In this document: positions 1-7,933 of the stretch, piece after piece
Position numbering within the stretch: position 1 is the stretch's first letter
Layout: the number at the start of each line of letters is the position of its first letter
From: a virus
Lineage: Duplodnaviria > Caudoviricetes
Virus record (IMG/VR): IMGVR_UViG_3300020042_010737
Span: 1 to 26,181 of that record
Length of the DNA: 26,181 nucleotides
Strand: one strand, 5' to 3'
Made by a program: the position numbers and the translations under genes
Notes under the pieces: generated by a model
What the model was told of the DNA's origin: nothing
Databases searched by the model: none
What the model saw: the letters and a program-made list of their open reading frames with translations, nothing else

Positions 1-692
1 CCACTTACAATCCTCAAGGCGGCATTATCGTAGGTGGTAATCTTGGTCCATCCGGTTGGCGCAGCAGTTTGGCCAAAAACAATTATTGTTCCAGGGGCAA
101 AGGGCTGTTGAGCGGTCGCAGCAATTGTAATACTGCCGGCACCATTGGTGATCGAGATGCCCGAACCAGCAGTCAGCGTGGCGCGCGAAAAGCCGGTGCC
201 ATTGCCAATGTCAATCTGGCCGTTACTGGGCGTTGTCGTTAAGCCAGTGCCGCCATTGGTCACCGCCAAGGTGCCAGCCAATGTGATCGTGCCGCTGCCG
301 GTAACAGGGCCGCCCGAAGTGGTCAGGCCGGTGGTGCCGCCGGATACGCCAACACTAGTGACAGTGCCGGAAGCAGCAATTGTAATACTTCCGGCACCGT
401 TGGTAATCGTCACATTGGAGCCTGCAGTCAGCGTGGCGCGGGAAAAGCCGGCGCCATTGCCAATGTCAATCTGGCCATTGGTCGGTGTTGTGGTTAAGCC
501 AGTGCCGCCATTGGCGACAGGGGTAACATTCGCCGCAAGAAGCTTCACAGTGCCAGCGGCATTCTTGAAGTAGAGCTTCTCGTCAGTCGTGTTTATGGCA
601 AGCTCGCCGGCCGCCAAATTGGCGCCAGTAGGCGCCGCACTCGCAGTGGTCGAGCGATACAACTGGATCGGGGTGTAACCTGTCTGTGCCAT
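1..692 (-). CDS. Tail fibre protein with collar-like region (partial, runs off left edge)
   Basis: Hand translation from ATG at 692: MAQTGYTPIQLYRSTTASAAPTGANLAAGELAINTTDEKLYFKN..., then two G/T-rich repeats, then ...PGTIIVFGQTAAPTGWTKITTYDNAALRIVS. GELAIN..D.KLY is a common fibre N-terminal motif and APTGW is a tail-collar-like motif. GAGG RBS upstream. Absent from the ORF track because there is no stop in the window. Confidence 0.85.
   Translation of the reverse strand, partial: MAQTGYTPIQLYRSTTASAAPTGANLAAGELAINTTDEKLYFKNAAGTVKLLAANVTPVANGGTGLTTTPTNGQIDIGNGAGFSRATLTAGSNVTITNGAGSITIAASGTVTSVGVSGGTTGLTTSGGPVTGSGTITLAGTLAVTNGGTGLTTTPSNGQIDIGNGTGFSRATLTAGSGISITNGAGSITIAATAQQPFAPGTIIVFGQTAAPTGWTKITTYDNAALRIVS
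118..514. repeat. Intragenic ~142-bp direct repeat (118-259 and 373-514)
   Basis: Both copies encode NGGTGLTTTPxNGQIDIGNGxGFSRATLTAGSxxxITNGAGSITIAA; period 255 bp, in frame. Confidence 0.9.
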
Positions 693-713
693 GGCTTACC
701 TCAAGTTTCCTGA

Positions 714-742
714 ATTGTACTGAACCGACATTTGAAGGGCAA
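714..742 (-). promoter_or_regulatory. Candidate sigma70 promoter for the left tail fibre gene
   Basis: Minus strand TTGCCC-N17-TACAAT, 21 nt upstream of the ATG at 692. Confidence 0.5.
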
Positions 743-750
743 CCATTTTG

Positions 751-825
751 TCAATCATCAGAAAGCGCATTGCCCAACGCTTGCAGGATCATGTTGATCT
801 CGTTGATGGTGAGTTCGAGTTTCAT
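751..825 (-). pseudogene. Truncated small tail-fibre-associated protein (24 aa, MKLELTINEINMILQALGNALSDD)
   Basis: ATGA-coupled to the stop of the S74 fibre gene. Resembles the N-terminus of small phage proteins that follow fibre genes (recalled consensus LGxxPYxxV) but stops early. Confidence 0.5.
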
Positions 826-2561
826 TGTTTCCCTTCCAATACGGCAACTTTAGCCGACAATTCTTGAATGGCCACAACAAGGTGAACCACGATCTTGCTG
901 TAATCAACGCCCTGAGACTTGATGGAACCATCATCGTTCACGGCATCTTTTTCGCCGATCACAGCTTGCGGAATTACCGCCTGCAATTCGTGAGCAATGA
1001 AGCCTTCGCCGGGGCTGTTGTCAGCATTCCACTTATAGGTCGATGGCTTGAGCGCAGCGATTGTTGAAAGCCCAGAAAGCATGGGCTGAACGTCATGCTT
1101 CAGACGGTAATCTGAGGAGGTGTTGTAGGCTGTAGTAGTGCCGGTAACTGAAATAGTCCCTGTACCTGTTCCATTTCTTGCAAAAAGTGCAACGTTACTA
1201 GCACCAGTTCCAGCAGCATTGTTATTAATGCCAAACGGTAAATAAGTGGCTCCATCTTGGATTGTAAAGCGGCAAGTTGCTCCAGTGGCAGCCGCGTTAG
1301 TCGTGTTAATCTGAACATTTCCGTTGCTGTCAATGCGCACGCGTTCGGCGGAGTTAATATAAAATTGAATTGTTCCCGCTACATTATTTGCTATATATAA
1401 ATCGGTTCCACTCATTACAAAGTCAGAATTATTAGCCCCTGAAGAAACTCGCAGGCCAGCGCCTCCAGACGCCTTAGCAACAGACAGCCCATAAATAACA
1501 GGCGAACTCGTGCCAATCCCCACGTTGCCGAAGCCGTCGATGCGCATACGCTCTGCTTGGTTGGTGTAAAAAGGAATCCCCCCAAAGCCGCTAATTATTG
1601 TTTGCGAGGTGCTGGTGATATAACCCATCCCGTAATTAGGGATTGCATTTAACCCAGATGGGGTAAAAGTGGAGCCGTCTATGCTGACAGCAAAACCTGT
1701 TGTCGCCCTACCTTGACCAGTTACATCTAATTTATAAGCTGGCGAACTCGTCCCAATCCCCACGTTGCCGTCATAAGTTAAACGCATACGCTCAGTAAGA
1801 GATGTGGCTGCGATAGCGTTTCTCGTTGAGAATGCAAGGTCGCCAATTGTGTTCGTGGTGCCGTCACTAATAAGGCCCTTAATCGCTGCAAAAGGAGTTA
1901 AGTTTCCAAAAGTTGTTCCAAACAAAACAGCGCCACCTGAACCAGATCCCACCGCAGTAGCTCTCAAAAATAGAGAGCCGCCTTTATTACCGGCATCTGT
2001 TAAATTTGCAGTCTCTTGACCTGTACCTTGAATTGTAAGCTGATAACTTGGCGAACTCGTGCCAATCCCCACGTTGCCGCTGGTGTCAATCCGCATACGT
2101 TCTAAATTGTTAGTAGTAAACGCATAGGCGTGGTTTGAAACTGTGCCGGAACCTGCAGCAGAGAAAGCATCAATTGACTGAATGCGGAAATCTACAATTC
2201 CGGTTGTTGCCTGAACCTGAACGAAGGAAGCGCTTGAAACAGACAGCTTGGAAGCAGGCGCACTTGTCCCCACACCAAGCCTAGAATTTGCAATATCCCA
2301 AAACAGATTTGCACTGGCGCCCAATGAGCCAGCGTTATTGTACTGCACATACCCTGTAGAACCGGCAACCACAGGCCCGCCGCTAGCAGATATGGTGATT
2401 TGCCCAGGCGTGGTCGTGCCATCAATCGTGACATTGGCGCCAGCGGTGAGAGTGGAAAGGGAAAAATTCTGCCCATTCCCAATAGGGATCTGCCCGGCAG
2501 CCGGGGTGGCATTGGTTACGAGCTTTCGCCCCCACACCTCGACTGTTGGATTGCTGCTCAC
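822..2561 (-). CDS. Tail fibre/spike with C-terminal intramolecular chaperone (peptidase S74) domain
   Basis: Repeated ERMRIDxxGNVGIGTSSP units; YNTSSDYRLKHDV cleavage motif, then GFIAHELQ, VDYSKIV and a terminal coiled coil. Confidence 0.92.
   Translation of the reverse strand: MSSNPTVEVWGRKLVTNATPAAGQIPIGNGQNFSLSTLTAGANVTIDGTTTPGQITISASGGPVVAGSTGYVQYNNAGSLGASANLFWDIANSRLGVGTSAPASKLSVSSASFVQVQATTGIVDFRIQSIDAFSAAGSGTVSNHAYAFTTNNLERMRIDTSGNVGIGTSSPSYQLTIQGTGQETANLTDAGNKGGSLFLRATAVGSGSGGAVLFGTTFGNLTPFAAIKGLISDGTTNTIGDLAFSTRNAIAATSLTERMRLTYDGNVGIGTSSPAYKLDVTGQGRATTGFAVSIDGSTFTPSGLNAIPNYGMGYITSTSQTIISGFGGIPFYTNQAERMRIDGFGNVGIGTSSPVIYGLSVAKASGGAGLRVSSGANNSDFVMSGTDLYIANNVAGTIQFYINSAERVRIDSNGNVQINTTNAAATGATCRFTIQDGATYLPFGINNNAAGTGASNVALFARNGTGTGTISVTGTTTAYNTSSDYRLKHDVQPMLSGLSTIAALKPSTYKWNADNSPGEGFIAHELQAVIPQAVIGEKDAVNDDGSIKSQGVDYSKIVVHLVVAIQELSAKVAVLEGKQ
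1501..2079. repeat. Three near-identical 30-bp repeats in the fibre gene (1501-1530, 1741-1770, 2050-2079)
   Basis: ggcgaactcgt[g/c]ccaatccccacgttgccg, encoding GNVGIGTSSP. Confidence 0.9.
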
Positions 2562-5500
2562 GGGCGTCCCCGCAGTTGCCTTTGAAATAAATCGGCCAAG
2601 GCAAACATAGGCCGGTTTGATGAAGTTAGCCGAAGCGCGCGATCAATTATAGAAGAATCACGCATTGGAAGCGTCATGCCGCCAGACGCAAATTCTTCTT
2701 GCGGTTTTACCTTCTTGGCTTTCTCTTTCGATTTCACGCGATACAATTCGCCACTGTCAATCAATTGATTGGTGCGGCGCGCGGCATCGGCATAATCAGC
2801 AGGTTGAGCCTTCTCAGAGGCAACCCCAAGCTTGCCGAAAAGCTCTTTCTCATGAAACCAAAGCGCAGCCTGGATGTCGGCAACGCTGATGTTCATGCCG
2901 TGCTTCTTTTTGAGAAGCCTCTGAGCCTCTTCAACAGTGTCTTGCTGGAATTGACGCTCCAGATCACCACGCGGCGCAGCCACCGGCAGCTCGCGGTTTT
3001 CAACCCAATTCTTTGCCCGGCGGCGCAAATCGCTTTTTTCTTTGAACTGACTATCGCGGTACCGCTTGGTTATGTCCTGCGCAAAATTCAGCATTTTGTC
3101 AGGATCATTAAGAAGATCGTCAAATTCTTCCTTACCTAGAGCAGGAGTATCGCTTCCATATTCCCATGGTTCTGGCCTGCCCTTCTTGTCATAAACAAGC
3201 TTGCCGTCCTCGGTTTTTGGAATTGGCGACACGCCAACATTTGGATTTGACGAATAGTATTCGGCGCGCAAAGCATCACGGAAATCGCGGTATTGCTTTG
3301 CTTCGGCCAAAGGTGTGTGGATGAAATTATGCCCTAGTAAGCGATTCCATGTGCGGCTAAACCAAAGATCAGCCGTCAGCGTGGAATAATCGCCATGCAG
3401 GTTATTGATGAATGATCCAATCTTGGGGCCAAACACCATCCAGCCGGTAACCTTCTGGCCAGAGCCGCCCCGCATTTTTAATTGATCATTACCAGGACCA
3501 AGCAAGCTTTTGTCTTCACGCAGTATTTTGTTCCATTCACCAACCGTCTTGGTCTGATTGAACAGATTGCTCATGCGAGCATATCCGTTGTTATCCAAGA
3601 GATGATGCAGCTTCAGCAAATTGGTTTCTATGGCGCGGGTCTTATCGCCAAAAGAACCTTTCAAATTGCCTACCGCTTCAGGAAGTGATTTGCCGCCATT
3701 CTGGATTTGATCATAAAGACGCATGGCGTGAATTGAATTGCTGTAAACATCATTGCCTTGGGAAGTGATGCCAAGGATTGCATGAAACAGCATGCGCTTT
3801 TGAGGATCAGTCTCCAGCTCCGGGAAACGCCCGGCATACTGAGACATCGCACCCTTCAGCGCATCATCATACCAGCCAATCGCTGATTTTTCTGAATTCT
3901 GAACGTGGTACGCCACTTCATTCGCAATGTTTTGCGCAATGTCTTTTTTTGCATTATCGCTAAAATCGCCGGGATCAATTTGCCCTTTTGCTGCGGCCCG
4001 GTTTTGCAAAGCATACAATACGTCACCAACAGATGCGCGGCCCCGCTCGCCAGTGGGCCGCACATCCAATTGCTCTTCACCAGTCATCAACGGGATGGTG
4101 GTGCGATCATCCTTTTTGCCAGGGTACAAAGCGCCCCGGACATGTTCACGCTCTTCGTCGGTTAGCGCGTGGGTTTGGGCGAGTCTTTCTGGGGAGAGCC
4201 GGTAGCCTTCCCCTGCGACCGCTTTGGCGTATGGCGCAAGAACGTGATCGACGACCCTTCGGAATAGATCGGGTGATCTACCGGCGCCGGTTTGATCCCC
4301 ATCTTTGCCGCCAGCTCCTCGAAATATGCCATTGAGATAGGCTTGCGCATCAATCAAATCTCCTGCTGTTCTGGCTGTGTAAAGCTCTGGAATATTTGCA
4401 ACATTTGAAATGCTTTGGACCTTACCCATGAAATTGGGCAAGTCTTCTTCATCGCCAAAGTGCAAAAATTTTGCGGCTTTACCATCGCCAGTAATTGTAA
4501 AATCCATGCCATGCTTTGTGGCTTCCCGATGAATAGCATCCACCTGCTCTGGGGTCAATTTTTTTCCAGATCCCGCAAGCATAGCGGGGATGCCTTCTTC
4601 AGTTTCTGGGTTGTGTTTTACTTGAACGGTAGCATCTTGTTGGAAACCAAAACCAAGTAAATGCGCTAATGTTTTAGCATGATCATCAGTCATATCGGGG
4701 TGCGACAGGATGAACGAAGGCTCCATTTCGTTCTTCCATGTGCCAACCGTAGGCTTGATTGTCAGCCCTTGAAGGCCGGTCAAATCACGCACAAGCCCAT
4801 GAAAGTCTTTGTTTTTGAATATTTGCTTGGTGGCATTCGTGATCTTTTCCATCCGGGGCTCATTAAAGACCGGATGCTGAATTGGTGGTGGCTGGCTGGA
4901 CCCGATGATGTTGGGGGTTGCGAAGGACCAGGGCTCACGCTCCTCCTGCATAAAACCTTCAGGCATTCCTTCGGGCGCCTCACGTTGAACGGGCGGACCG
5001 CCAACCTTGCCTGGGCGAGGCGAGACAATGACGCTAGGGCGGTTTTCAGTTTGAAAAGTAGCGGCAAGCTTTGGTGATTGAGTGATAACCTGCCGCGCCA
5101 TCTGCGGCGCAGTCGGCTGCACCTGCTGCGTGATGTCCAGCGCCTGCTGCACCGTGGGGTCATTGCCAATGCGACCGCCATCATCGTAGCCAACAGCGCC
5201 GCCAGCATTCCGCACAATCACATTGCGATAAACAGGATGCTCTTTGCCGCGAACCAAGATTGTTCCCACCTGCTCACCAAGCTCAACATTCCCCTTGGTA
5301 GTAGGGCGAAGCCTTGGTTCAGACGGAGCATCTTCATACCGCGCAAGATCAACGCCTTTGGGGAATTGAGTGTTCAAAGCATAGTGATGCTTGCCGCGAT
5401 GTTCTACTGAAACAAGAGTGCTGGTATTCTCATGCCCCTCAGGCGCCTGAGACCATTTCCAACCAGCCTTTTGTTTGAACAAATTGGTTTTTACCGTTGC

Positions 5501-7933
5501 GCTTCCACGCCCCGGCGACCCAGTCTGCTCAATAGCATCTTTGGATACATTGAAGTACGGCTTGCCACCCGGCTGCACACCAATCTCGGCTTGTGCTGCC
5601 TTATGGCCTGTGATGTCTTCCTTTGCAGGCATTGAAAGATATGCGCCGCCAGGACGCTGACCTTCCCACATGCGCTGCGGCTTGGGGAAAACAGCCATAG
5701 GATTGGAAACAGAGAATGGCGCAGTGGCATCCATCGCCCGCTGCACCGCAGGATCAGCCCCCAGGTCGCGCGGCGGCGTGATCTCACCGCCTTCGGCATA
5801 GCGTCGCTTGATTTCTAAATGCTTGGGATGAAACACCACATAGTTGCTGCTACCAATTAAAGGTTCTTTTCTGCTGAAAGCATCCAAATAGCGGACCCCA
5901 GGAATACCAGCGGCTTCAATTGCTTTTGAAAAATTCCCTTCAAAATATTGTTGCCCATTTATTGTTTTCTCCGTGCTGTTTGGAGAAATACCATAAGCAA
6001 GCAAAACCTTGGACAATGTATAATCATCAACATATTCAAGAGGATTATTAAGCGCGGCCTGACGATTTTTGTAATAAAGATTACTTGATGGAGCTGCTTT
6101 TATTTTTTCTCTCACCGCATCTTCTACAAGAGATATAGGCACAAGATTTTTTAAGCGCACAACATCTGCGCCCGTGTATTTCTCAAGATTAGATAGATAA
6201 TTTTCAAGATTTTTATTTGCATTAACCGCGTTTTTTAATTTTGAGATAATATTTGGGTGTTGCTCACTTAGCGGCTTGTCCCAATCAAGGAAGTCTTCTG
6301 GTTTTGCATGAATTGCTACTTCATACATATGCCCAGTAGGAAGGGTTGTTTTTTTTGCCTCATTTAAAAAATCAAGCAATTTATCCTGCCCAAGATGTTC
6401 AGCATCTTTTGTATTTGATAATATTTGAGCGGTTAATTCAGGGGTGGCTTTTTGATTATGCAGCAACCAATGAGCTTTGGATTGCAACTCATAAGGAAGG
6501 CCGATCAAAGATTCTTCTTGCGCGCGTTTTACATATGGGGAAATCAGATTATCCCTATACCACTGCGCCACATTTTCTTTTTCGGCCAAATACATGCCGT
6601 GGCCTTCAAATTGCGTGCCCTCACCCGTGCCAATCTTGCTGGGATCAAAACTATCAAACTTATGCGGGGTGCCATGATACCCAATGATCGGATCATCAAT
6701 CCGCACATTCTCATCCTGCGGCGGCTGCACCGGGCCGCCGTCAGCAAAACGATGATTGGTCCTTAGATGAATGCCCGGCAGGCTGCGCGGGTCCATGCTG
6801 CCCTTTACATCACCGCCGCGAGCAAAGCCGTCACCACCACGCTTTACCGAAAAAGCGCCTGGGTGCAATGCAACATAGGATTTGTTTTTGCCAAACTCTT
6901 CATCTTTTACAGCAACATGCTCAAATCCCTTGGCAAGCAATAACTTTCTAAACGACTCCACGCCTCCCGTTTTCTTTACCGCAGCGTGCAAAGAATCAAG
7001 AGAATCAAACGCTTTCCCTTTGCCCGAAATAGAAACAGGCATCGACACTCCATACCCCATTTGTTTATTCAAAGGATATTGGTGCGCCCAGGGGCCTATC
7101 CTTGCCAGCGTCATTGCCCAAGAATCAGGGTCATCATCTGTTGAGTTTACTGCTGTCCCCTCCCCAAGTTTTGACCAGTCATACTCTTCAAATGGCTCAT
7201 ATGTGGTGTGGTAGGCCGTGATTGGTGCCGGGTCCATGCTGCCCTTTACATCACCGCCGCGAGCAAAGCCGTCACCACCTCCATTACCACCAGCGCCACC
7301 AGAATCTCCATTTGTTCCTCCATCCGAATCTGCCGCTGCATCAGTAGTCGCAGCCATTGACATTGAATTTGTATTATCCGCCGAAGTCGCAGCATCCGCA
7401 GCAGCCTGAGCCGCAGCCTCAGCTTTGCCCTGGTCAGCATCCTCCTGATCAGCAGGAGCAGCAGGCCCCGTCAAAGCAGCACCAAATGCAGCCGCAGGGT
7501 TGCTGGTGGGCGTCATGCCCATCTGCGTCTGCGCGACATTGCCAGCGACACTTGCAAAGCCGCCAGGAGGCGCGCTTGCAGGAGCGGACAGCCCAAGGGC
7601 TTCAGCAAGCCCCTGCGCCATAGTCGATGCCACGCCGCCCATGACAGCGCCAGCAGGGCCACCCATGAGCCCGCCAATTGCCATACCGCCAAGGGCGGGG
7701 CCAGCAGCTTCAGCAAAGCCTGCAACGTCTTTCCCAAAGTCGCCAGTACTAGGAGCGCCCGGCGGCCCAGGTGTGCCAGGATCATTACTACCGTCCTGCG
7801 CTTCGTTATCCGGCAGTCCTGTTAGAGGATTGATCGGCATGTACCCAGGATAACTCTGCTGCCCACCATACGCAGCCTGACGCCGCGCAATCATCATAGC
7901 CTGACGAATAGCCTTGCGCGGATCGTGGTTCAT
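2558..7933 (-). CDS. Large polyvalent protein (1791 aa), probably virion-packaged: 2x ART-PolyVal-like, unknown domain, SAM-lyase-like, HhH glycosylase-like
   Basis: ATGA-coupled to the portal stop. Motifs: YHTT...; YHGTPHKFDSFDPSKIGTGEG...GHGMYLAE...NYVVF; GTWKNEMEPSF...QQDATV; GPKIGSFINNL...TADLWFSR...QAALW. [FY]AxGG motifs at most module boundaries. Confidence 0.75.
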   Translation of the reverse strand: MNHDPRKAIRQAMMIARRQAAYGGQQSYPGYMPINPLTGLPDNEAQDGSNDPGTPGPPGAPSTGDFGKDVAGFAEAAGPALGGMAIGGLMGGPAGAVMGGVASTMAQGLAEALGLSAPASAPPGGFASVAGNVAQTQMGMTPTSNPAAAFGAALTGPAAPADQEDADQGKAEAAAQAAADAATSADNTNSMSMAATTDAAADSDGGTNGDSGGAGGNGGGDGFARGGDVKGSMDPAPITAYHTTYEPFEEYDWSKLGEGTAVNSTDDDPDSWAMTLARIGPWAHQYPLNKQMGYGVSMPVSISGKGKAFDSLDSLHAAVKKTGGVESFRKLLLAKGFEHVAVKDEEFGKNKSYVALHPGAFSVKRGGDGFARGGDVKGSMDPRSLPGIHLRTNHRFADGGPVQPPQDENVRIDDPIIGYHGTPHKFDSFDPSKIGTGEGTQFEGHGMYLAEKENVAQWYRDNLISPYVKRAQEESLIGLPYELQSKAHWLLHNQKATPELTAQILSNTKDAEHLGQDKLLDFLNEAKKTTLPTGHMYEVAIHAKPEDFLDWDKPLSEQHPNIISKLKNAVNANKNLENYLSNLEKYTGADVVRLKNLVPISLVEDAVREKIKAAPSSNLYYKNRQAALNNPLEYVDDYTLSKVLLAYGISPNSTEKTINGQQYFEGNFSKAIEAAGIPGVRYLDAFSRKEPLIGSSNYVVFHPKHLEIKRRYAEGGEITPPRDLGADPAVQRAMDATAPFSVSNPMAVFPKPQRMWEGQRPGGAYLSMPAKEDITGHKAAQAEIGVQPGGKPYFNVSKDAIEQTGSPGRGSATVKTNLFKQKAGWKWSQAPEGHENTSTLVSVEHRGKHHYALNTQFPKGVDLARYEDAPSEPRLRPTTKGNVELGEQVGTILVRGKEHPVYRNVIVRNAGGAVGYDDGGRIGNDPTVQQALDITQQVQPTAPQMARQVITQSPKLAATFQTENRPSVIVSPRPGKVGGPPVQREAPEGMPEGFMQEEREPWSFATPNIIGSSQPPPIQHPVFNEPRMEKITNATKQIFKNKDFHGLVRDLTGLQGLTIKPTVGTWKNEMEPSFILSHPDMTDDHAKTLAHLLGFGFQQDATVQVKHNPETEEGIPAMLAGSGKKLTPEQVDAIHREATKHGMDFTITGDGKAAKFLHFGDEEDLPNFMGKVQSISNVANIPELYTARTAGDLIDAQAYLNGIFRGAGGKDGDQTGAGRSPDLFRRVVDHVLAPYAKAVAGEGYRLSPERLAQTHALTDEEREHVRGALYPGKKDDRTTIPLMTGEEQLDVRPTGERGRASVGDVLYALQNRAAAKGQIDPGDFSDNAKKDIAQNIANEVAYHVQNSEKSAIGWYDDALKGAMSQYAGRFPELETDPQKRMLFHAILGITSQGNDVYSNSIHAMRLYDQIQNGGKSLPEAVGNLKGSFGDKTRAIETNLLKLHHLLDNNGYARMSNLFNQTKTVGEWNKILREDKSLLGPGNDQLKMRGGSGQKVTGWMVFGPKIGSFINNLHGDYSTLTADLWFSRTWNRLLGHNFIHTPLAEAKQYRDFRDALRAEYYSSNPNVGVSPIPKTEDGKLVYDKKGRPEPWEYGSDTPALGKEEFDDLLNDPDKMLNFAQDITKRYRDSQFKEKSDLRRRAKNWVENRELPVAAPRGDLERQFQQDTVEEAQRLLKKKHGMNISVADIQAALWFHEKELFGKLGVASEKAQPADYADAARRTNQLIDSGELYRVKSKEKAKKVKPQEEFASGGMTLPMRDSSIIDRALRLTSSNRPMFALADLFQRQLRGRP
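6788..7279. repeat. Exact 51-bp direct repeat (6788-6838 and 7229-7279)
   Basis: cgggtccatgctgccctttacatcaccgccgcgagcaaagccgtcaccacc occurs twice, encoding GGDGFARGGDVKGSMDP; period 441 bp (147 codons). Confidence 0.97.

Noticed and set aside
145-573. 142-aa plus-strand ORF with a repeat
   Set aside because: Antisense shadow of the minus-strand tail fibre, which has recognisable motifs.
714-754. TTGACA (749-754, minus) as the -35 for TACAAT
   Set aside because: Spacing of 29 nt is too long; TTGCCC at 17 nt fits instead.
1501-2079. 30-bp repeats considered as a CRISPR array or DGR template/variable repeats
   Set aside because: Intervening segments are 210-279 bp and in-frame coding; no cas or reverse transcriptase gene; no adenine-specific mismatches.
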